In this document: one piece after another, positions 30,482 to 38,897 of the stretch
Layout: every line of letters begins with the position of its first letter
Numbering within the stretch: the first letter of the stretch is position 1
Program-made: the position numbers and the translations under genes
DNA from: an uncultured SAR86 cluster bacterium
Lineage (GTDB): Bacteria > Pseudomonadota > Gammaproteobacteria > Magnimaribacterales > D2472
DNA length: 64,000 nucleotides
Reading direction: 5' to 3'
NCBI GenBank assembly: GCA_902632555.1
Contig: CACPCZ010000005.1
Coordinates: forward strand, 5,538-69,537
Notes under the pieces: model-generated
Database searches by the model: none
What the model was told of the DNA's origin: nothing
The model's input: only the letters and a program-made list of their open reading frames with translations

Positions 30482-32290
30482 TTAGAAACCAGCTGAACCA
30501 TTCATAATGACTTCATAATAATCCCTATCTAGTGGAACATATTTATTTTCACCTGGTTTTTTAACAAAAACATTGTCGTCACTTACTTTATCCAGATGGT
30601 ATGCCTCTTCCCTTAAGTCATTTTTTTTCAATTTAAATGTACCAGTAGTTTCAAGTTCCTCAATGATTCTTATAAATACTGGCTGAGCATAACTTGGAAG
30701 CTTGTTTGAAACAAATTCAGAAAATTCGTTCCACTTGAAATCTTTTATAGCACAATTAAATGCAACCATGCCTGCTCTACCTTCACTTTGTGGAACTTTC
30801 ACCCCAAAAACATTTGCCATATTTACTTGATCAAATGTGTTGAGGATTTCAGCAACCTCATTAGTTGAAACATTTTCAGACTTCCATCTAAAAGTATCTC
30901 CGACTCTGTCAACGAATTGATAATGTTTTCTCCCAAGAGAAAACCCGACGTCCATCGTTTTTATCAGATCGCCTGTATTAAACCATCTATCACCATCCTC
31001 AAAAACATTAGATATAACTTTTTCTTCACTCGCTTTTTTATCGGTATACCCGTTATAAACTGCATTTGGACCAATTTTTACTAATGCTAAACCAGGTTGA
31101 TGTTCCTTAACCTCTATATATTTTCCATTTTCATCAGTCTTTAATTTATCTTCAGCAACATCGTATTCAAGTAGAGCAAGATCTACATTTGTCATACCTA
31201 TTGTTTGATCTTTATTTAATAAGTTCATGAACATTCCATTTCCTTCGCTTGCGCCGTAGATTTCACAGATTCTATCAACATCAAATCTATTTCTGAAACA
31301 ATCCCAAAGATCAGGCCTTAGCCCGTTACCAACCATCTTTGAAATAGGGTTATTTTTTTCCTCTTCACATGGTTCTTGAAAGCTTAAATATCTGCATAGT
31401 TCTCCTACATATACAAAAGCAGTAGTATTAAATTTTTGTGCTTCTTTCCAAAATGAAGATGCAGAAAATTTACGTCTTATAAAAGTTGAAGCTCCCACAT
31501 GAACGCAGGCACATAACCCAAGCATTAGTCCTGTAGAATGATACAAAGGCAAACAGTTATACATACAATCATTTTCGTTCATTCTGTATCCGCCTCTTGT
31601 GATATTAGTCGAAGCAGCAACAATTTTAGTATTCGGAAATAAGGCTGCCTTGGGAACACCAGTTGTTCCAGAGGTAAATATATAAAATGCAGTATCCTTA
31701 GCTGTTACATTTTCAATTTCTTTAGGTGTATCAGTTTCAGATTTATCTAATAAGTCATTGAGGTCAGATGCCCACTCTGGACATGAGTAGCTTTCACCAT
31801 CTGCAACCCAATATAAATTAGTTTTATCTTTAACATTGATTTCCTCTATTACATCCTCAATTGAAGAGGCAAGTTCTGCACCAACAATGCATTTTTTTGA
31901 ATCTGATGCATTTATGCAGTGAATTAATGGATTGCCAGTAAGACTTGTATTAATCAGAACACCAATAGCACCAATCTTATTTAAAGCCAAAATAGATATT
32001 ATAAATTCAGGCCTATTTTCCATAAGCAATACAACTCTATCACTATGCACAATACCTTCTTTTACAAGTTTATTTGCAAGAATATTTGCAGCTTCATTAG
32101 TTTGAGAATATGTCCAAGTTTGATCTTCAAAGTAGATAAAATCTTTTTCACCAAACTTATCGACACTTTCTTGAAAAGTGTGTGCAAGCGAAGCACTATC
32201 ATCTGGCTCAGGCCATTTATATGTTAAAAGCGGAACAATAAATCGAAGTTCGCCTATGACTCTTATAAATTCAAGTATCTTTTTAATCAT
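30482..32290 (-). CDS. Long-chain acyl-CoA synthetase (FATP/VLACS-like)
   Basis: YIFTSGTTGVPKA, YGASEG and DRVGDTFRWKSENVST motifs. Confidence 0.93.
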   Translation of the reverse strand: MIKKILEFIRVIGELRFIVPLLTYKWPEPDDSASLAHTFQESVDKFGEKDFIYFEDQTWTYSQTNEAANILANKLVKEGIVHSDRVVLLMENRPEFIISILALNKIGAIGVLINTSLTGNPLIHCINASDSKKCIVGAELASSIEDVIEEINVKDKTNLYWVADGESYSCPEWASDLNDLLDKSETDTPKEIENVTAKDTAFYIFTSGTTGVPKAALFPNTKIVAASTNITRGGYRMNENDCMYNCLPLYHSTGLMLGLCACVHVGASTFIRRKFSASSFWKEAQKFNTTAFVYVGELCRYLSFQEPCEEEKNNPISKMVGNGLRPDLWDCFRNRFDVDRICEIYGASEGNGMFMNLLNKDQTIGMTNVDLALLEYDVAEDKLKTDENGKYIEVKEHQPGLALVKIGPNAVYNGYTDKKASEEKVISNVFEDGDRWFNTGDLIKTMDVGFSLGRKHYQFVDRVGDTFRWKSENVSTNEVAEILNTFDQVNMANVFGVKVPQSEGRAGMVAFNCAIKDFKWNEFSEFVSNKLPSYAQPVFIRIIEELETTGTFKLKKNDLREEAYHLDKVSDDNVFVKKPGENKYVPLDRDYYEVIMNGSAGF

Positions 32291-32359
32291 TTATTAAACT
32301 ATTGTCTATGTACTTTATATTATAATCTGCAGACACTTTAATATATAGGATTAATCGTA

Positions 32360-33529
32360 ATGAATGATTTAAAAAATTTTGATTTTATAATTTTTGGAGC
32401 TACTGGATTTACAGGAAAATTAGTAGTCGAGTATGCCTTAGAGAACTATTCCAATAGTGAAATTAGCTGGGCAGTTGCTGGGAGAAACACTGAGAAACTT
32501 CAGGATCTTAAAAATGGAATGAATCTTCCTGAGGAAGTTCAGATTTTCAAAGTGGATGGCGATGATCAGGATTCAATAGATAATATGATTAATCAAACCA
32601 AATGTGTTCTGACGACAGTGGGACCATATCAATTATACGGAGAGAAATTGATAAGAAGTTGTGTTAGATCTGGAACAGATTATGTTGACTTATGTGGTGA
32701 GCCTGGCTTTATGCATAAGATAATAAACGAATGTTCTGATGAAGCCAAAAATTCTGGTTCAAGGGTGGTATTCTCATGTGGATTTGACAGCATTCCTTTT
32801 GATTTGGGAGTTCTTTTTGTTCAAGAAGAGGCAATGAAACAAACAAATAAATATGCTTCTTCAGTAAGAGGCAGGGTAAGAGTAATGGATGGTGAATTCT
32901 CAGGAGGCACTGCGGCATCTATGAAAGCAACAATGTCGTCACTCAAAACAAATCCAAACTTGATAAATGTCCTCATAAATCCTCATGGATTATGTGAAGG
33001 ATTTCAAGGTGCTCAGCAAGAAGATGATACAAAACCTAAATACGATGAAGAATTAGAAACTTGGGTCGCTCCTTTTTTTATGGCGCCGATAAATACAAAA
33101 AATATCCATAGAACTAATAAATTAATGAATCATCCTTATGGCGAAGATTTTTTATATAACGAGATGTGGATATCTGGACCTGGTGAAGAAGGAAAGGCAG
33201 TTGCTGAAATGATAGGAAGCACTAATCCAATCGCAGGTGATGATGTTCCCAAGCCAGGAGAGGGACCGTCCAGAGAGAAAAGAGAAAACGGGAGTTATGA
33301 AATACTTTTTTGTGCTGATGTTGATGATGATGTTTTTAAAATATCTGTTTCTGGAGATATGGATCCAGGATATGGGTCAACTTCAAAAATGATTGCTGAA
33401 AGTGCAATTTGTCTTGTTAAAGATATGGTTGATCTTGAAGGCGGGATATATACTCCTGCAGCTTCTATGGGGAAGAAATTAATAAAAAGACTTCAGGATA
33501 ATGCTGGTTTAACTTTTAAAGTTGAGTAG
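32360..33529 (+). CDS. Saccharopine dehydrogenase-like oxidoreductase (trans-acting enoyl reductase family)
   Basis: GATGFTG, VGPYQLYG, CGFDSIPFDLG and DPGYGSTSKM motifs. Confidence 0.88.
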   Translation: MNDLKNFDFIIFGATGFTGKLVVEYALENYSNSEISWAVAGRNTEKLQDLKNGMNLPEEVQIFKVDGDDQDSIDNMINQTKCVLTTVGPYQLYGEKLIRSCVRSGTDYVDLCGEPGFMHKIINECSDEAKNSGSRVVFSCGFDSIPFDLGVLFVQEEAMKQTNKYASSVRGRVRVMDGEFSGGTAASMKATMSSLKTNPNLINVLINPHGLCEGFQGAQQEDDTKPKYDEELETWVAPFFMAPINTKNIHRTNKLMNHPYGEDFLYNEMWISGPGEEGKAVAEMIGSTNPIAGDDVPKPGEGPSREKRENGSYEILFCADVDDDVFKISVSGDMDPGYGSTSKMIAESAICLVKDMVDLEGGIYTPAASMGKKLIKRLQDNAGLTFKVE

Positions 33530-33919
33530 TTAAAGATCACCCTTTTTTCTGAGCTCAGCTCTAATTTTTGTAGCGCTTATTTTAGAAATTTCCTCTTCAA
33601 ATACTTCTTCCTCAATTTTATAACCTACGCCTCTACCATAAGTAATATTAGTAACATTCGGTACTAACATAATTTCATAGTCAAAACCTCTTCTAAAGTC
33701 TTCTTTTAAAAGATTTTCCTCAATATTTTTACAAACAGTATCCCAGCAAAAAGGATTATCGTCTTGTTCATCTCCACCAGAAACACCTTCGACATCTCTT
33801 ACTTGAATAATAACTTGACCCGTCTTCTCAATACATCTTTTGAATAGCTCTTGATGACCTCTGTGCCATGGTTGCCATCTACCTAACATCTGGACAGTAG
33901 GCTTTTTCCAATCAAACAC
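33530..33919 (-). CDS. Minimal HxGH nucleotidyltransferase (cytidyltransferase-like)
   Basis: LGRWQPWHRGH (GRxQPxHxGH), DNPF and ISATKIR motifs. Confidence 0.85.
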   Translation of the reverse strand: MFDWKKPTVQMLGRWQPWHRGHQELFKRCIEKTGQVIIQVRDVEGVSGGDEQDDNPFCWDTVCKNIEENLLKEDFRRGFDYEIMLVPNVTNITYGRGVGYKIEEEVFEEEISKISATKIRAELRKKGDL

Positions 33920-34322
33920 GTTTTAAAATCTCCTCAGCAATAACTTTGTGATTTTCATTATTTTTTTCTTTAATTCTAAAGTCTACTTCACTTGGTTCTT
34001 CAAACATTTTATTCGTATCTTCATATCTGCCTGACTTGATAGTATTCATCCAAACTGTAATATCGGGATCAAAATTTTTCTGAGTTTCCTTGGTTGGACA
34101 AACAAAATCACATATTACCAATCGACCATGTCTTTTCTCAAAATCTGCTAAATTCTTCATTCTTAAACTTTGTCTTATTCTTCCTTCTGGAGAGAAATCC
34201 CAGTCATTTGCCATCTCTCTAACAATGTCAGCGTTATACCACGCTGCTTTAAGCAATGGCTGTAATTTTTTTGCTAGATAGGTTTTACCACTTCCAGGTA
34301 AGCCCATAATTAATATTTTCAT
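33912..34322 (-). CDS. Short adenylyl-sulfate-kinase-like P-loop kinase
   Basis: GLPGSGKT Walker A, NADIVR, DFSPEGR, DFVCP and FEEP motifs. Only 136 aa. Confidence 0.8.
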   Translation of the reverse strand: MKILIMGLPGSGKTYLAKKLQPLLKAAWYNADIVREMANDWDFSPEGRIRQSLRMKNLADFEKRHGRLVICDFVCPTKETQKNFDPDITVWMNTIKSGRYEDTNKMFEEPSEVDFRIKEKNNENHKVIAEEILKRV

Positions 34323-35425
34323 TACCTCACTTTTACAATACTAAAAATTTCGTTTTTAAATTGAATTTGCCTCTCACTTGCTATTAATTTTTTTACTTTA
34401 TTATAGAGCGTTTTATTTTTTTCTAACCTCAAAATATCTTTTTCCGGGATTTGTCCTACATAAAGAATATTTGCCCATTTCGCGTCAACGTTGTGTCCAA
34501 ATAATTCAGATACTGTCTGATCAGGAGCTTTTTTAAAATTAAATAAATAACTTTTTGGAGTTATATATTTGAATATACTATTTTCACCAATTGGATTACT
34601 TTTTAGATATTCAATAATCTCCTTTCCTGAGTTAGGAAATGCTTCTTTGTCTTTAAAGGCAAGCTTAAGAATTTTTTGTATATTATCTCCACCTAAAGAA
34701 TGTGTAATCAATAATTCACCAGATTTATTTAGCAATCTCATTAAAGGACCTATTACATTATTTACCTTAGTTTTTACAGAGGATGCAGCTCTATAGGCTT
34801 GAGATGCAATTATCAGATCATAGTTATTATTTTCATAATCATTTTTTAAGAATTGTTTTAGATGTCTTTCATGATCTTCTCTATAAATCTTTATCAAACA
34901 AGGATTAGAATACGAAGTCCTATCATTTTTATCTATCTCAATGCCCCAATTTTTCTTTATGAAATTACCAAGACTATTACCTGTGATTTGTGAATTAAAA
35001 TCATATGAATTATCACTCTTGAGAACTAAGCTATATTCTTTGACTTTTTTGTTCTTTATTTTTGAGGAGTTCTCGATTAAACCAAGTTCTGAGAATTTAA
35101 CATTTGTCATTGTTATCAAAAGATTGGGATGTTCTACAAATCTGTCTGGCATTTTTTCTAAAGTATTTTTTAGATCTTCATAACTTATCTCTTTTCCTGT
35201 TATTAGAAGCGATGTGTAAGGGTGATATCTGTGAAAAGCTTTTATTACATTTGATTTAATCGTCCCATCACCAGTGCCAGCATCCAAAATTCTTAAATAG
35301 GATTTATTTTGTGACATATTAGCTAGATAGGGATAAATTTTGGATGAAATTGCCTTTTTTTCACTTGTATTTTGAATAAAAGATAAATATTTCAGCCTGT
35401 CGTCGAAGAATCGTTTTTTCCCCAT
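34322..35425 (-). CDS. Conserved-looking hypothetical protein with class I SAM-methyltransferase-like motif I
   Basis: 367 aa with RILDAGTGDG, an acidic residue after strand 2 (ITGKE) and YDLIIASQ. GAGG RBS upstream. Confidence 0.65.
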   Translation of the reverse strand: MGKKRFFDDRLKYLSFIQNTSEKKAISSKIYPYLANMSQNKSYLRILDAGTGDGTIKSNVIKAFHRYHPYTSLLITGKEISYEDLKNTLEKMPDRFVEHPNLLITMTNVKFSELGLIENSSKIKNKKVKEYSLVLKSDNSYDFNSQITGNSLGNFIKKNWGIEIDKNDRTSYSNPCLIKIYREDHERHLKQFLKNDYENNNYDLIIASQAYRAASSVKTKVNNVIGPLMRLLNKSGELLITHSLGGDNIQKILKLAFKDKEAFPNSGKEIIEYLKSNPIGENSIFKYITPKSYLFNFKKAPDQTVSELFGHNVDAKWANILYVGQIPEKDILRLEKNKTLYNKVKKLIASERQIQFKNEIFSIVKVR

Positions 35426-35531
35426 AAAAGTCCTCTAAATAAGATTTTTAATGATAATCTAATTAAGTAAATAATGCATTTACTCGAGTGATATTTTGCT
35501 ATTAAAATATGGTTAAATTTTAGGGAGCATA

Positions 35532-36683
35532 ATGTCTAATTCAAAAAATAAACCTCTCATAGGTATAGGAACTCGTGTAAGAAAATCTCCCTACTATGAT
35601 TCAAATATTAAGTATGGAGTAAAAGGTTTTACGATCTACAATAAGATGTATTTACCTACTGGTTTTGATGATCCAGAAAAGGAATATGAAAGTCTTATAA
35701 ATGATGTAACTTTCGGTGATTTTGCTGCAGAGAGACAAATAGAAATAAGTGGATCTGATGCATATGATTTTATAAGGTACATTCAACCTAGGAACCTTGA
35801 TAAATGTCAGATTGGCTATTGTAAATATATTATCCTGACTGACAATGAGGGCGGCATAATAAATGATGCTTGCTTACTGAGACTGGAGGATGATAAGTTC
35901 TGGATTTCTCCTGGTGACGGTGATGTAATTCTGTGGCTTCAAGGTCTGGCTATTAATTCAGGCATGAACGTATCTATTCACGAGCCAGATGTTTCACCAC
36001 TTCAGATAAGTGGACCAAAATCAGGAAAGCTAATCCAAAAATTATTTGACGGAGAGCATGACGATTTAGGATATTACAAAGCACGAAAAACTGCTTTGGA
36101 TAATATTCCAATGGTCATTGCAAGAACAGGCTGGAGTGGTGAATTAAGTTACGAGCTATATCTTCAAGATGGTTCATTAGGCAACGATCTATTTGAAAAA
36201 GTTTATGATGCTGCAAAAGAATTTAATGGTAGGGTAATTGCTCCAAATACCATAAGAACTATAGAGGGCGGTATCCTCTCATACGGAAGTGATTTTGACA
36301 GAAGTCATAATCCTTTCACTATTGGATTTGACAGACTTGTAGATCTTGATCAAAAGAATGATTTTATTGGCAAAGACGCATTGAGAAAAATTAAAGAAAG
36401 GGGATTAACAGAAAAATTAGTTGGTATTGAATTAGAGGGCGACCCAATTATGAAAGCACCAGAAAATTTTTGGAATGTTAAAAGTAATAACTTAAAAGTT
36501 GGAAGAGTTTCAAGAGCATTTTTCTCACCCAGACTAGAAAAAAACATTGCGCTTGCAATTGTTGATATTGATAATGCTGAAGAAGGCACATCCGTGGTTG
36601 TCGAAACACCCAATGGTGATTTAAACTCTATAATTGTATCTCTGCCTTGGTTTAAAGCGGATAAAGATACACACTTAGATTAA
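35532..36683 (+). CDS. GcvT-family THF-dependent aminomethyltransferase/demethylase, DmdA-related
   Basis: RVRKSPY, FTIYNKMYLP, AAERQIEISG, ARTGWSGELSYE and IEGGILSYG motifs. Confidence 0.85.
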   Translation: MSNSKNKPLIGIGTRVRKSPYYDSNIKYGVKGFTIYNKMYLPTGFDDPEKEYESLINDVTFGDFAAERQIEISGSDAYDFIRYIQPRNLDKCQIGYCKYIILTDNEGGIINDACLLRLEDDKFWISPGDGDVILWLQGLAINSGMNVSIHEPDVSPLQISGPKSGKLIQKLFDGEHDDLGYYKARKTALDNIPMVIARTGWSGELSYELYLQDGSLGNDLFEKVYDAAKEFNGRVIAPNTIRTIEGGILSYGSDFDRSHNPFTIGFDRLVDLDQKNDFIGKDALRKIKERGLTEKLVGIELEGDPIMKAPENFWNVKSNNLKVGRVSRAFFSPRLEKNIALAIVDIDNAEEGTSVVVETPNGDLNSIIVSLPWFKADKDTHLD

Positions 36684-36685
36684 TT

Positions 36686-37198
36686 ATGCATACTAAATAT
36701 AATTTATTGCTTTTATTTTTAATTTTATCAATTAATGCCATGTCTGATATTTCAAATAATCCCTCAAATTGGTATGTTGTTACCGATCAGGTCATGGGCG
36801 GTAAATCAGAATTAAAAGCAGATTATGATAACGGAGTTTTTAGTTTAAGTGGATTTGTGACAACTGAAAATAATGGTGGTTTTGTTAGGTTGGCATATAG
36901 GCCAAAAAATATAGATGAAGAAGTCAATGGGATTCGTTTTATGGCAAAAGGTAATAACGAAACATACGAAGTCCATGTAACTATGCAAGGTGTGAGGATA
37001 CCACCTTGGGCATATCACAGCTCAACTTTTGATGTTAAAAACGATTGGCAAATGTTTGAAATTAATTTCTCTAACTTCGAAAAAAAATCTGGAGTATCTC
37101 CAAAACTTCGTCCAAACAATATAAGAGACATTAGCTTTGCAGGATACGGTAGAGATTTTAATGTTGACCTTCATATAAAAGAGATAAGCTTTTATTAA
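36686..37198 (+). CDS. CIA30 family protein (exported)
   Basis: Signal-like N-terminus, VTDQVMGGKS and TENNGGF motifs. Confidence 0.88.
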   Translation: MHTKYNLLLLFLILSINAMSDISNNPSNWYVVTDQVMGGKSELKADYDNGVFSLSGFVTTENNGGFVRLAYRPKNIDEEVNGIRFMAKGNNETYEVHVTMQGVRIPPWAYHSSTFDVKNDWQMFEINFSNFEKKSGVSPKLRPNNIRDISFAGYGRDFNVDLHIKEISFY

Positions 37199-37653
37199 TG
37201 TTCTCACCCAAAGAAAGGCTGTTTATGGAAAGAGCTTTTGAGTTGGCTGTAGAATGCTTTAATAATGAAGAGGTGCCAGTTGGAGCAGTTGTCGTCAAAG
37301 ATGAGAAGATAATAGGTGAGGGTAGAAATAAAGTCATATCTGAAAATGACGTAACTTCTCATGCAGAAATAAATGCAATAAGAGATGCATCTCGCAACAT
37401 AAAAAATTATCGACTTAATAATTGTTCTATGTATGTGACGCTTGAGCCATGTCACATGTGCGCAAAAGCTTTAGTTGATGCAAGAATAAGCTCAATGGTT
37501 TTTGCAGCATTAGAACCAAAAACTGGAAGTGTAGTTTCTATTGATAATTTTTTAGATAAAAAGATACTTAATCATCATGTCACTTACAATTATGGATTGA
37601 TGGCAGACGAGAGTTCGAACTTGCTCAAGGAATTTTTTAAAATAAGAAGGTAA
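37198..37653 (+). CDS. tadA: tRNA adenosine(34) deaminase
   Basis: EVPVGAV, HAEINAI, VTLEPCHMC and FFKIRR motifs. Confidence 0.85.
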   Translation: MFSPKERLFMERAFELAVECFNNEEVPVGAVVVKDEKIIGEGRNKVISENDVTSHAEINAIRDASRNIKNYRLNNCSMYVTLEPCHMCAKALVDARISSMVFAALEPKTGSVVSIDNFLDKKILNHHVTYNYGLMADESSNLLKEFFKIRR

Positions 37654-38091
37654 TCAAATGTCTTTTGACATTGTGGTGTGAGGTATTCCGGTGTCAGAGC
37701 CAAAATATTTTTTTAAGGTTTTGTATTTAGATGCTGCGTAGAAATCTATCGCATGATCTCTAGCATTGAGAATAATTTTCTTCGCATTATTTTCAATAGC
37801 ATGATTTTCGAGAACAGCAAGTATTTTAGAGCCAATGCCTTTACCTCGATATTTTTCGTCTACAGCCATGTATCTTATTTGAGCTTTTGTTTCATTGATA
37901 AAGTGCAGTCTGCCACACGCAATTATTTTTTTATTAATAACTCCTATTATGTGAAAGCTAACTTCATCATAATCATCCTTAAGAGATTCAATAGTTTTTC
38001 CAATAGGCTCTCTTAACATTCGCCATCTAAACAAATCATATTCTTTGAATTCTAATTTATTTTCAGGACATCTAAATTGAATTTTACTCAC
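37654..38091 (-). CDS. GNAT family N-acetyltransferase
   Basis: QIRYMAV, YRGKGIG and NARDHAIDFY motifs. Confidence 0.88.
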   Translation of the reverse strand: MSKIQFRCPENKLEFKEYDLFRWRMLREPIGKTIESLKDDYDEVSFHIIGVINKKIIACGRLHFINETKAQIRYMAVDEKYRGKGIGSKILAVLENHAIENNAKKIILNARDHAIDFYAASKYKTLKKYFGSDTGIPHTTMSKDI

Positions 38092-38896
38092 TGATTTCTA
38101 ACCAAACAGGACAATGATCAGATGGTTTTTCCATTGCTCTAGCATCATAATCAATTCCTACATCCTTTATAGAACCTACAAGATTATTTGTAACTAAAAT
38201 ATGGTCAATTCTAAGACCTCTTTTAGGATTTTGATCAAACATTCTCGAACGATAATCAAACCATGAATAGATAGAAGACTCATTCGGATGAATTACTCTC
38301 CATGAATCTGAAAAACCTAGCCCTTTAATACTATTCCACATATCTCTTTCTTCAGGTTGAAAAGAGGTCTTACCATCTCTTAGCCATCTTTTTGCATTTT
38401 CTTCACCAATGCCTATATCAATATCCTCTGGCGATACGTTAAAATCACCCATCACAATAAGATTACTTTTAGTTTTCATGAGTGATTCAATATGTTTTTT
38501 TAGATCTGCATAATATTTTATTTTTTTTGGAAATTTGGTTTCATGCTTGATATTTTCTCCCTGTGGAAAATATCCATTCATAATTGTTATTTCTTCATCT
38601 CCATAATTAAAAGTAGCTTGAATAAACCTTTTTTGATCTTCCTCAGTATCATTGATAAAACCTTTAACTGTATCTATGGGCTTATCTTTGCTTAAAATAG
38701 CTACACCGTAATGACCTTTTTGACCCCAGAATTCAACGTGGTAACCTATTTCATTAATGACCTCAATGGGAAATTCAGGATCATTTACCTTTGTCTCTTG
38801 CAGACCAATAACATCGGGATCCAATGTATCTCTTAAATGCTCAATTTGATGAGGTCTGGCACGTATGCTATTGATATTAAATGATACGATCTTCAT
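38084..38896 (-). CDS. xthA: Exodeoxyribonuclease III
   Basis: SFNINSIRAR, LQETK, MGDFN, GLRIDHIL and SDHCPV motifs. Confidence 0.95.
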   Translation of the reverse strand: MKIVSFNINSIRARPHQIEHLRDTLDPDVIGLQETKVNDPEFPIEVINEIGYHVEFWGQKGHYGVAILSKDKPIDTVKGFINDTEEDQKRFIQATFNYGDEEITIMNGYFPQGENIKHETKFPKKIKYYADLKKHIESLMKTKSNLIVMGDFNVSPEDIDIGIGEENAKRWLRDGKTSFQPEERDMWNSIKGLGFSDSWRVIHPNESSIYSWFDYRSRMFDQNPKRGLRIDHILVTNNLVGSIKDVGIDYDARAMEKPSDHCPVWLEISE

Positions 38897-38897
38897 A

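Noticed and set aside
33912-34322. Calling this gene cysC
   Set aside because: It is much shorter than canonical CysC, lacks the lid motif, and has no sulfate assimilation neighbours.
35532-36683. Calling this gene dmdA or gcvT
   Set aside because: It lacks the DmdA-specific motifs as I recall them, and there is no gcvH/gcvP context.
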